In this document: piece by piece, positions 41,335-52,240 of the stretch
How positions within the stretch are numbered: the first letter of the stretch is position 1
Layout: every line of letters starts with the position of its first letter
Source: Schmidtea polychroa
Lineage: Eukaryota
Assembly (NCBI GenBank): GCA_044892525.1
Contig: CM097888.1
Span: forward strand, 88,784,001-88,848,000
Length of the DNA: 64,000 nucleotides
Reading direction: 5' to 3'
Notes under the pieces: model-generated
Database searches by the model: none
The model's input: only the letters and a program-made list of their open reading frames with translations
Told to the model about the DNA's origin: nothing
Translations under genes and position numbers: made by a program

Positions 41335-41630
41335 TATATTATTGAAGTGATTGAAAATATGTATGCAGTTTTCTTAAGATTTTCCTTGAACACACTATCA
41401 ATTAAAATATTTGTGGAACACACTATCAGCTAAAATATTTGTGAGATTAATTATTGAAGTGATTGAAAATATGTTTGCAGTTTTCTCTCTCTCTCTCCCT
41501 CTCGTTATAAATACAGACAATTATCGTTTGAATATGTAAGCAGTTTTCTCTCTCTCTCTCTCCCTCTCGTTACAAATACAGACAATTATCGTTTGAATAT
41601 GTATGCAGTTTTCTCTCTCTCTCTCCCTCT
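41335..41630. repeat. Tandem repeats at the end of the Ubl ORF (about 60-bp unit with a CT-rich core, plus a duplicated ttattgaagtgattgaaaatatg block)
   Basis: gcagttttctctctctctccctct occurs 3 times (41477-41630), and the ttattgaagtgattgaaaatatg block occurs twice. Confidence 0.8.
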
Positions 41631-42804
41631 GAAGTATCATCTTCTGTTTCAGTTTCATCTAACAAGTACAATTCCGTAACTAAACTTTTTAATATTCGCT
41701 CAGTCTCGCTTGATTCATCTAAACTCAAAGATTCAATTTCCGCTTCATTCTGTTTTTTCCGACATATCGCAATGTCATTTTTCGTTTCTGCATCATTCTG
41801 TCTTTTCCGACATATCGCGATGTCATTTTCCGTTTCAACGAAGTTCTCTTCACTTTTCATCTCATCTATGCTCGGTAGTACTCTATTATCGGTGCTCATT
41901 TCCTCGATATCCCTTGTAACTTCATTTTCCGATCCCATTTCCTCATTTTCCATTGTTTCTAATCTCTGCAATTCATTAATTTCTTGATCAATTTCTCCTG
42001 GGTCATCTACAACTTCAGTTTTAATCTCTACATTATCATTATCCGTTTCCTCATACGGAGGCCAAAACGGTACTATTACTGCATCTTTTTCCATTTCATC
42101 ACTTTGTTTTGTTGCGTACACATTATTAATACAATTTGGGTTACATCCGTAGTTTAACAAATATTCGTCATCATCCAATTCTCGTCCTTTGAACGTCATC
42201 ACGATAATTCCTTCATTACCTAATATCTTCGCTGCTTTTTGTCGTATTTTCTTTGCTTTTACACTCCAATGTTCCTGATAATATTCAATCCTTTGATCCG
42301 CAATATTTAACGCTATTATCAAAGACTTCGCACTATCGTCTGCCACCTCATAGTCATGTCCTAGTTTTCGGATTACCTCTTTTAACTTTGCCTGATAACT
42401 CGTCGGTTTATTCGTATACGGAACGATGCATTCAAACAACCCTTCTTTCATGTCTCGATCCATTTCGATGCTCATTATGAAGTCGATACTCGCATTAATT
42501 TTATCTCTATCCCCTGCATACAGGGTATCTTGTAAATCTGCTAGAATCTTTTCCCAATTTTGTCTGTCTGAAATCAAAGTATTAACAGCATTAACAATAT
42601 TTACTTTATTTTTCCAGCCTGGTATCAGACCGCAATCTACCAAGTACTCCTCGTCTTCCAGACATCGATTCTCAAATTTTAGTTGCACTTGCCATCCACT
42701 GTATTGACGCAGTATTCGCTCCTTTAGCTCTCTGATTTTCCGTATGCATTTACACAGAATTGGCACTTCACATTATCAAGTCCCGTCGTTTCCACTATGA
42801 TATC
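41570..42804 (-). CDS. Tandem ubiquitin-like domain region plus acidic tail (C-terminal extension of Gag)
   Basis: Ubl1, about 42804-42593: IIVETT..KCQFCV../KIRELKERI..QLKFENRCLEDEEYLVDCGL. Ubl2, about 42325-42113: LIIALN..KIRQKAAKIL..MTFKGRELDDDEYLLNYGC. Both resemble the ubiquitin TIENVKAKI..LIFAGKQLEDGRTLSDYNI pattern and each other. No terminal GG. Confidence 0.7.
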
Positions 42805-44133
42805 AGCTAAATCCTTTGTTGACCGTAAAGCCTTGCCAAACTTTTGCATTTTTTTAAGTATCTCATCGTCTCTGTTTCCTTTGAATAACTTTGCACATAA
42901 ATTTATGGCTCTCTTTAGTTCGCTTTGGGTTAGTGACATCAAACTGAGTTCTGCGATCCATCGTTTCAACTGGGAGTTGTCAGTTTCCATTTTCTCAAGC
43001 CATTTTTCAACTCGGGCTAACAGTGCAGTCGGATTCTCATTTGATGCGATCTTTCGCACTTTCGTGGCAGGTTATCCCTCACCTTCTGACACGGTTCCAA
43101 TTATCATATGAGATTCAGTTTCCATATCTGATTCAAATTTCGCCACTAATTTGTTCAGCTTCTGTCGCATTTCTCGAAATTCCTTTTCCATTTTGTCTTG
43201 AAATTCCTCTCTCTGAGCATGTCATGTTACTGGTGTTTGGCATATCTTCTTGGAATCTGATCGATTTCTTTAATATAGGTCTGCTGAATCTCTCTGAGTT
43301 CCTTGGGCATGATCGCGTCATGTGGTCGTATCCCTTGCAAGAATGACATTGGATCTGTCCATTTGTATTCACTTTGTTCCTTTGTGGTGAAGGTGACGTT
43401 GACGATGATCTTGATCTGGTGAAACAGTTTCTGCTAATATGCCATTTCTTTCCGCATCGATAGCATTCGACATCACTGCTGATCCGTTTGTTTTCTGTGA
43501 ATCTCTTGTTAGGGCTGGGATTTTTCCCATATTTGAACCAACATTGATTTGAGTAGTGTCCAGACTTTTTGCAATGTTCGCATTGAGGATTATTTACCTG
43601 TCCATTTGATTGTACATTCATGGCTGATCTACTGGCTTGAAATCTATTATTTGGTCTCAAAATTGGACTACTGATTTGATTTATTTTCTTTTCATCCCAT
43701 GGTGCTCTCACAGGCGTAATTGATCGCTCTCGTCTCTCCACATTAACTCCAAAAGCATCTGATCTTTTAGCACTTTTTAAATTCAGCTCTATCTTCATGG
43801 CTTTCTTCACGAGCTCATCGAAATTGGAAAAATCCACATAACATAGGGCCTTTTTGATTTCGGAGTGGACTCCGTTATAAACTGATCTTCTAACAGCTCC
43901 TTAACCTGCTTGGCCATATCTGCTTGGTCTGGTTTAACTTCAAAGGCTTTATCTGCTAAAGTGGTCAGATGATAAGCAAACTCACTGACCGATTCATCTA
44001 GACCTTGAACTCGATTATAAAATTTCTGTCGCATGATTCTTTTGATATCTCCACCAACCAGTTTCAGTGCCATGGCATCCTTCAATTTGGTCCAGTCATT
44101 GCCAACATTCTGTTTGTCGACTTGCTGCCAGGC
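42805..44133 (-). pseudogene. Retrotransposon Gag (capsid, three CCHC zinc knuckles, coiled coil), 5'-truncated
   Basis: QKFYNRVQGLDESVSEFAYHLTTLADKAF, then CEHCKKSGHYSNQC, CYRCGKKWHISRNC and CHSCKGYDHMTRSC. Lesions at about 43875, about 43215 and a TAA at 43072-43074. Confidence 0.88.
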
Positions 44134-44309
44134 TTTCCGGATTCTTGCCTTTCGTAATTGCTTTTGCCATTTTCCATCACACTTTCCTTTACTATTGATT
44201 CTGTGCGCGATCCCGCTTTTATTTGTCTTTTTTCTTCCCTTACTTTCTATTTGAATTATTATCCTAAATTTTATTAAAATTTTTTAATTTTAATTTACAG
44301 ACCTCAACA
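44134..44309 (-). repeat. 5' LTR remnant (176 bp) fused to gag by an internal deletion
   Basis: 175/176 identity to 40364-40539. The junction into gag falls at the shared (microhomology) CCGGAAA. The PBS and gag start are missing. Confidence 0.9.
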
Positions 44310-45932
44310 CAATATCAAGAGTTTCTGATATTATACTTAAAATGGTATTTGCTTGATTTTCTTTGTCGAGTCAATAAATTTTTATTGGAATTAATTGTCT
44401 TTATTCTGAGGATATTTTTAATTAAGGGAATTATCCTGGAATTCGGCACCATTCTCGATTTTTTTTATTGACTGAGTTGGAAGAGTAAATTAATTGGATG
44501 ATTAATGTCTATATCATGTAACGAATTAGATAGTATCAATGAAGTCATTAAATTTGAATAATTCTTGAACACAAGATGATGAATGAATTAGTAGATAGAC
44601 AAAGATTGTTCAATGTGAAATTTTGAAAAAAAGTTACCAGCTCACATATACAACCTTAGAAAATATGCGAAATATAATTACACAAAGGTTACGATAAGAT
44701 GATTTTATATTCAAATTAACAGATTAGAAAAAATATTTAAGTTATTTTCCAAAGTAAAATTCTGTATAAAATTGAGAAAAGTTCATTAAATGAAAAGTGA
44801 ATATATATTTATTAGTTATTTTTTTTATATTATTAATGCAGTTCCAGCAAAATGAATTATATATTATTTTATATTCCTTTTCAATATATTCACTAGGTTA
44901 AAATAAATTGTAAAACATATTAGATGGAAACTTCAGGAAAATATGGAAATTAATTTAAAAAATTAAATTTATTAATATTGTTAAGATCGAAAAGATGGGG
45001 GTTATCTTAACACTATGACTCCAATAAAAAATAAGATGAAATATAAATATAAATGTAAATATAAGATATTTAATGTGGTTGCGCGTATTTTTTTATTTAC
45101 TGTTCAAAACAAAAATCCACTTTTTCCTTTTAAAACTTTTATTGAATAATTTACAATTGTTCAAACACAAAAACACAAGGTACGAATTTGTTAATCCCTG
45201 CTGTTTATCTCAGCCTGCAAGAGATCGATGGCTCCTGTGTAGCACAACGATCGCAACAAAATTGGAAAGAGAATAAGGTAAAGCAAGAGGGCTGATTTTG
45301 GGGCTCCCTGGTAACACTAAAGCCGCTATCTGTGCTTCGTGTTCGCTTAAATTAATTTTAACTAACACAAGGATAATAATTTATCCTTCTGTTGGGTGTA
45401 CGTGGGGGAAATGGATAACTATTACTAATATGCACACAAACTCTCATCATTCCGCTCAGACGCTTCCCTCGTACACGCCCCATGATCATGCAAATATTCC
45501 CACGTATGAGCCCGTAGTGATGTTCTACGTTGGTGCTGCCCACACGGGTCGGAAGAAGCTAACAGGTGAGCCTCTATCTTAAGACTACTCCTAACCCCCT
45601 CTCAGTTCAGGTTCTATGGTGCCTTAGAAGGACGTACCCGTTCCTACATTTGCAATCGGCCCGACCCTGGTCCAAGAGGACGGCCTTCATTCAAGGATGC
45701 TGCTCCAGTTTAACAATTCAATTATGCATTTCACTCATCATTCTCATCATTCAATCAACAAATAAAGAAAAATAAAATTTGTATTACATTCAAAAATTAT
45801 CGAGACCGAAAAATCGTACACCAACATGCAATAAAATATTAATTACATAATACCGACGAATTGTTAGATACAGAGATATTAGTTAAAGGTCTTTTCGAAA
45901 TGAGAGATGGATCCCATCGTCGGGTCGGAAGT

Positions 45933-46694
45933 TCAGAACGCATCTCCATCGGCGAATACTTCGTCTATGTCTACTGGCAACCTGCGATCCACAAGATACT
46001 TAATGCCCTCGGCTGGAACCACTTTGAATATCTCCTTGGCCGGAATTACGTGGGTGGCTGAGATATCCTTAATTGGGGATTGGGCCATGGATAAAGAAGC
46101 TTCTAGCGCCGCCATGGCGTTCCTGCGCTTCTGATTTTTCTCCGAGCGTGTTAATCTATTGCGTTTCCGACGTGGCTTGATAGTATCTACTGGATCCTGT
46201 GACATAGGCTGAGGTACTAGAATCGGAGCCAAGATAGGGTCCGATGAGCCTCCTGCCATGGGTCTATAGCCCGAGAGAATTGGAGCGGGAATTGGTGGCA
46301 GATGCGGCCCATGCCCTTTACAACCAGTTGTGGTTGACTGTGCCGATTGGTGGTGGATCGGGAACACATTAGTCCCGTCTTGCACTGGATACTCGCGAAC
46401 TCGTTTCGCTATTTCTGATTCCGAGTAAACTTTATGGAGTGCCTCTGATTGGGCTTTTATGGTTAGCCTCTGGCACCGACTTTCTTCTAGGAGACTGTCT
46501 CGGCAGTGCTCCAGACGCAATATCTTACTCTTTTCCTCTTTCATTTGTGGCGGGGAGAACCACGTGCCTTCATAATGATCGATTCTTTTCTTTAGTGCCC
46601 CGATGTAGAGGTGAAGTTGCGCAATGTCGGCGTTTTTATCAGCGCAGGAAAAGCAAGGCCGAAGAATTTTCTCAGGATTACTGGGAGTAGTCAT
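45933..46694 (-). CDS. Unrecognised 253-aa protein (CxxC, coiled coil, Pro-rich segment, basic NLS-like patch); best-preserved copy B of the family
   Basis: Intact GC-richer ORF. A TTTAG acceptor abuts the ATG (possible 36-nt intron, 46730-46695). Homologous to 180-619 and 51975-52240. Confidence 0.65.
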   Translation of the reverse strand: MTTPSNPEKILRPCFSCADKNADIAQLHLYIGALKKRIDHYEGTWFSPPQMKEEKSKILRLEHCRDSLLEESRCQRLTIKAQSEALHKVYSESEIAKRVREYPVQDGTNVFPIHHQSAQSTTTGCKGHGPHLPPIPAPILSGYRPMAGGSSDPILAPILVPQPMSQDPVDTIKPRRKRNRLTRSEKNQKRRNAMAALEASLSMAQSPIKDISATHVIPAKEIFKVVPAEGIKYLVDRRLPVDIDEVFADGDAF

Positions 46695-47169
46695 CTAAAG
46701 ATTAAAAATATTTTTATTTGCCTATCTGACATCGAGTTTGATCGACGACCGTACTTTCACGACGCTAGTTTTACCATACTCATTCCATATAAAAATGCAA
46801 TTAAAAAGAAAATTATCTCACACATACATTCAACATTCGTCCTTAAACTCATCTATGCCCCAAACATCCACGATAATTCGCACAAATCTCTGTAACTTAT
46901 TTAAAAGAAAATGAGAATAACCATTTTAATTTGCTCGTCTAAATCAATCTCATCTCAAATTCGGGGTGTCGATTATGGTTAAATATATCGTTGCTATTCA
47001 CAATGTTAATATAGTGTGATTAATCGGGTTTGTGATGTTACTTAATTACATTTTTCTTTGCAATGTTAATTTTATTAAATTGTCTATTTATTTTTAATAT
47101 ATTATTATTTTCAAATCTCCGCTGGACTCGTTGTCATAACGACGCAACCTAAGGTGTTTTTGTATGGAA

Positions 47170-47430
47170 ATATCTCTATCCGTGTGTATTGTGAAATACC
47201 GTTTGCAAGTAAAATGTCTCTGCGCGAAAAGTACTGCCTGCTCATTTATTTCTACATACCGTTCTACTAGCTCGGGCGAAGCCTATGCTATTATGCAATC
47301 TATCACGTCATACAAGAACTTTGCCGTTTATATTACTGTAGTCTTCTAGAGCGAATTTCTCTACAGCCTGTGAGTGTATGTACTCTTATGGCATTATCTA
47401 CTAGAGTTGTTATGAGTAAAGGCCTTACGT
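47170..47430 (-). mobile_element. Degenerate Ty3/Gypsy RNase H remnant
   Basis: IIA*ASPELVERYVEINEQAVLFAQRHFTCKRYFTIHTD resembles IAYAS..E..Y...E.LAV.FA..HF..F.IHTD. Confidence 0.5.
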
Positions 47431-48646
47431 ATGTGTGTGTGCTTCGGAGGGTTGTGAATGAGCTAAAGCTAATCATATAATCTCTATGGTGTTGTAAATT
47501 CACGATAGCAGCTGTCAACGCACTCAATGGATGAATCGTGGTGGAAATTATTACGTTATCTCAGTTTTCTAATATTGGTCGATTCATAATCGGATAACTT
47601 ATATCTAGCTGAAAATTTTTTGTCGACAACCAACTGCTAATGCTGATAGCGCTTTCGCTCATATTGACCGTAAGTAACTGATAATGACTACTGATATTGT
47701 TTACATTATTTTCAGGGAATCGAAGCTTATCAGTAGCCTAAAAGTCAACAATCCAACTTAAAAAGTGCATCGGCACTGGGTTTCATCGCTAACGCTCTGG
47801 CGATCTAAATCTCTATAAGAAAACCTAACGATCGTTCATGCGCATCTATTTGGAATTTGTGCTAAAACCGAAGATTATTATCTATGACTGTGTAACTCAC
47901 TACGACGAAAAAGTGCTGAGGAAGTAATTATGTCCAATTTGAGCTTAATGGAATATGATTTCGACCTAAAAGAGTAGATTTTCTTCATCTCAATTTCTCC
48001 GGAAAATTCTGTTGGATTTACTATTTTCGTTTCTAACATCGTGATCTCAATTTCACTACTGACGGAATATTTTCTCTGACGATCGCAGACTTCACTCGGT
48101 GAAAGAAAGCTCCTCTAATCTCTCTTACTTCATACTCTGGATGTCCTCACCCCTCCTGACCCACCCAAGAGCGGCATACATTGCTGCCACCACTCTTGGA
48201 CCGTCAGGAAGGACGATTCCATCTCTCCGCATCTCAATTTTATTGGTATATCGAATGAACATCATAATAAATGATATAATGCATTTGAATGAATTAAAAT
48301 TTCACTGAAATCATAAAAATTATATACCTGGCGACCACGCCGTCTGAATCTCGAACATGATGCTATACTATAGTATTAATGTTACGTTTCTGGTGAACTC
48401 TATCTCATTAAAATTCCCGATTCCATTTTCTCGTTTCAAATCATTCTCATATACTTTCCTGTGAATATCCATCTGAGCCTCCGCATCATATTCGATCTCC
48501 AGACAACGTCGTCGTCAGCACCATAGAGAGAAAACCATATTGTGTTTATAACTTTTTATTAAGAATAAATTAGTTTTTATTATCCATTTTATATAAAAAT
48601 ATCAATAACAAAATACAAACATCCTGCTTACTATGATCGTTTCCTC

Positions 48647-49414
48647 CGAGAGTATTAGAAATGGTTTATGAGTCCTCTTTCGATACACTATTAGTCCAAT
48701 AAAAATCCGACAGAAATTAAGTCCTGTTGAATATTAGGTAAGTGTCTAAAAGTTTAGTTCCTGAAATATTCGTATAGCTGCTTAAGAGTAGTATCTGTAG
48801 AGTTTCGGTAGAATAGTTGCGTAGTTCTAGAGTCCTGTAGAGTATAGGGTTAGAATGATACTCTACGGATTTTCTTCATTGCTTATATAGTTTTTTCCGT
48901 CCAATCAGGACGCGCCTAGTATGTAATATTTATTGTTTATTATTATTTTTATGTTTTGTCTTGAATAAGTTATATTTTAATGACTTTTTCCTATTTTTAT
49001 TATTATTTCATTTATTTTTTCTATTTTTCATTATTTTTCTGCTGTTTTCCTTATGACTTTATTGTTATTCGGTGATAATATAATTTTTTGTTTTAATTAC
49101 TTCATATAAACGTTGGCAAATGTTTTTATTTCTATTTTATTCCTAATATCTTGTTTATTTTTCTTAAAGTTATTATTCTATTTCCTTCTGTTATCATAGA
49201 TGTTAGGTAATTTTCTTTTCCGTCTTACTTTTCGTCTTATTAACTTTATTAATTTATTATTTATATTTATTCCCTTTATTTTCTTATTTTCTTTTATTGT
49301 TGTCTAATTTTTAATTGTTCTTATAGTTACTGTGTTTTTCGGGGAATTTATCCTATCCCTTTTTTTTGTTTATCTTTAACCTGGTTTCTAATACTCTCGA
49401 AGCTTAGCCCAACA
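48647..49414 (-). mobile_element. Putative solo LTR-like element with 15-bp subterminal inverted repeats
   Basis: CGAGAGTATTAGAAA (48647-48661) and its reverse complement (49385-49399), a right end gcccaaca, and an internal minus-strand ATTGG..TATATAAG. Confidence 0.4.
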
Positions 49415-50242
49415 CTTCAAACAAACCGAATAAGAAATCGAAATCAATAGCTTCCTTTTTGACAATAATTTGTTTCACTTTTCCTCCTGAGATTTTACTA
49501 CTGAATCTCTTAATATGTTGCACTCAATTTATAGTTAAGATTGGCAACAGCTGTCTTTCAATCTCAATTTTTTCTTCAATTTTAAAAGCGTTCTAATTCT
49601 GTCGCATCTGTTTCTTCTCGTGTTTATTCTGACAGGTCACTTCTCAAGTACTTTGTACTTTTGTGTCATGTTTGATTATTTATAACTTTCATTTCTCGTC
49701 CCACGACTTTCCGTCTCAAAAATTTGCGTCCCTGGTTCTCATTTTGAACCAGTATTTATATTATAATATAATTATTTATAATATTAATACTAATTTTATA
49801 ATTACTATTTATAGTATTAGAAACATTAGTTGTTACTAATTATAGATTATTTTTATTTAAAAATAATTTTTATATATATAAATATAAAGTTACAGAATTA
49901 TTTATTAAAAAGGGTTTAACCTTTTTATATATATTTATATATATTTATCCAAAGCAGTACCTTATTTATACGTTCTACTCTCTACTACACCCCAATAAAG
50001 AATCTCAGTAAACAAACATGAAACAATCCAACAAACGTTTAACGCTTGAGCCACGACACAGCATTCAAAGATTCCCAAATCAACATTTTCAGAAAATTCA
50101 AGGGTCGAGAATTTTTCCCCTGATGTCCGAGTGGCCTGTTATTTAATTACAATAAAATTTGATTTTTTTTAGAACTCGATATTTCCTGTGAAACGCCAGA
50201 CAGCTATCAAGAATAAAAGTTCCAAAAATCATGAGCCTTACT

Positions 50243-50574
50243 GAGAGTTCCCTTAAATTGATTAGAACTCTAACATCAGCTGAGTTACTGAATGATAAGA
50301 CACCAATTATCTGTGTCACCGAGTAGCCAATAGACGAAGTAGTAAGACAACCCAGCAACTACGACCCGGCAACTACGAGTCTCTTCGGAGTCATGGTAAT
50401 CTGGTCCCAAAGCCCAAGATCAGCCCGTCCTGTAAGGGATGGCCGAGGTGCTGCAGGCTAGCGTCCCTGGTAGGAAATATCTCCTGCACGAGCGGAAAGA
50501 AAAGATTTACTACCTTCTCGTGGTTACTCTCGTTCCCCATTCTACTAAGAATGGCAACAAAACGTAATCTTTTC
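50243..50574 (+). ncRNA. HDV-like self-cleaving ribozyme (predicted)
   Basis: P3-L3-P3 is ACC TTCTCGT GGT (50512-50524). P1 3' TACTCTC (50525-50531) pairs 6/7 with GAGAGTT (50243-50249). P4 is CCATTCT/AGAATGG. J4/2 is CAAA (50558-50561). P2 is GAAAAGATTTACT (50499-50511) with ACGTAATCTTTTC (50562-50574), containing two bulges. Confidence 0.6.
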
Positions 50575-50935
50575 GAACGGCTAGAAGCTAAATGTAACTG
50601 TAGGGAAACCTATAAAGCCAAAAGGAGGCAACTCCTATCCCGAGCGGTCAGGACAGATCGATAAAAAGAATAAGCTGGGGAATGCCCAACCTCAGCAAGC
50701 GTTTCTGGGAAGCTACAAAACCGTCGTCGCCTAAAAACACCATGACAAACAACACTATAAATAACGATTTATCAGTGAATGGTGCGGTCTGCGATTTTAC
50801 TGGCGAGGTCTAGATGTATTAATGCAATTTTTGTGAGAAGGCTTTCAAAACAAAAATTGGCAGAGGCGTGCACCAGAAGAGTGCCCACAGATAGAAGACG
50901 GATGCTCTAATAGAAAAAGAACTAGAACGAAATTT
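50243..50935 (+). mobile_element. 5' end of an R2-like non-LTR retrotransposon (3'-truncated)
   Basis: Ribozyme-like leader followed by the R2-type CCHH finger CNFCEKAFKTKIGRGVHQKSAH (50823-50888). No RT downstream. Confidence 0.65.
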
Positions 50936-51281
50936 TTCTTTATCTTATTCTCCTAATTCACTTTAACTCCAAAACATTTACACACAACCTAAGATCTCGT
51001 GTATCCGATATACCAACTTTTCATTCTATTAGTCTTGAAATAACAATACACTCGACACTCCGATATCATTAACAAGATAGCCAACTTGTCTAGATATTAC
51101 GTAATCTGATTCTAACAAATTTTTTTTGACGAAATGGGGTAAATAATTTTTCTGAAATTTTCAATGAGTTATTCTAGCCGTACCAGTAATAAATTCCCAC
51201 CAGAGAATGATTTTGTACAAATTCGTAATAGCTAAGTCGAAAGTAGCATGCGATGAAGTGAATGGTGGATTATCAGTATAA

Positions 51282-51850
51282 ATCGATAATAGGGATACTA
51301 TTGATCATAACAATCGTGGTAATAAGAATAATAACCATAATAATAATCATTACGATAATAGTTATAATAATAATAATAATAATCATCATTCTAATAATAG
51401 TTATAATAATAACAATGATAATAATTATAATGATAGTAATCATCCTGATTATAATAGTAATAATGGTTATAATAATAACGATACTAATAACTGTAATGAT
51501 AATAGAAATCATGATTGTAATAATAATAATAATAATAATAATGATAATAAGTGTAATAATAACGATAGTCATGGTTACGATAGCATTTATAATAGTAACA
51601 CTAATAACAAGTGTAATGATAATAATAATAATTATGGTAAGGATAGTAATGATAATGAAGATGGTCCTAACAACAATATATAATGGTAGTGATGGTGATG
51701 GTAATAATAATTTTGCTAATGAATAAAGAAATTATCATGAATATAAGGATGATGACAATAAACTCAGAAACGATCATAAAATGAATAATGTAGGCGACAA
51801 CAATTCAGCGTACCCACCAGGTTGGACCCAAAATTTTGGCGAATGATAGC
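51282..51850 (+). repeat. Degenerate triplet tract readable as an Asn/Asp/His/Ser/Tyr-rich open frame
   Basis: About 130 codons (about 51282-51680) without a stop in the AAT frame, mostly NNT codons, with no ATG. Confidence 0.7.
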
Positions 51851-51974
51851 TACTCTCCGATTTTTGTCCTACTTCTTGGATTTTATCCATTTCAATCTGA
51901 TTTAAACCAAAGACCCGTCAGATAAACGTTTCTGATCATTCGAATCTACTGTCGATAAGCTAGAAATAACCCAG

Positions 51975-52240
51975 ATAGGCCTACTGAAGAAGACAGACCA
52001 TCTCGAAGGGACATATTTCACGCCCGCTCAAATGAAAGAGGTACGAATGAAGTTGTCGCGATAGCCTGATCGAGGAGAGCCGCTCGTTGCGACTGCTAGT
52101 CAAGGAACAGTCGGAGGCCCTGCACAAGGTCTACGTACAAGCGACCATCACAAAGAAAATCGCTAATGTGCCGATAGCGGAAGAGGACAATATCTTTCCA
52201 AATCATCACTACCCAATGGACCCAATTAGACCAGTGAGTA
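51975..52240 (+). pseudogene. Degenerate copy C of the unrecognised ORF family
   Basis: IGLLKKTDHLEGTYFTPAQMKE / CRDSLIEESRSLRLLVKEQSEALHKVY..NIFPNHH aligns with IGALKKRIDHYEGTWFSPPQMKE..CRDSLLEESRCQRLTIKAQSEALHKVY..NVFPIHH. Confidence 0.8.

Larger units (their letters stand above)
39491..44309 (-). mobile_element. Non-autonomous Ty3/Gypsy-like LTR element encoding Gag-Ubl-Ubl and lacking pol
   Basis: Termini TGTTGG..CTCAACA, 4-bp TSD CAAT (39487-39490 and 44310-44313). PPT AAGGGGGGAGATA next to the 3' LTR (40540-40552). Gag and Ubl ORFs lie on the minus strand. No protease, RT, RNase H or integrase motifs were seen. Confidence 0.88.

Noticed and set aside
41335-41630. Regularly spaced repeats as a CRISPR-like array
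   Set aside because: The spacers are themselves repeated, there are no cas genes, and the context is eukaryotic. It is an ordinary tandem repeat.
51262-51726. Ile-rich 'membrane protein' ORFs on both strands
   Set aside because: These are alternative-frame readings of the degenerate (AAT)n tract.
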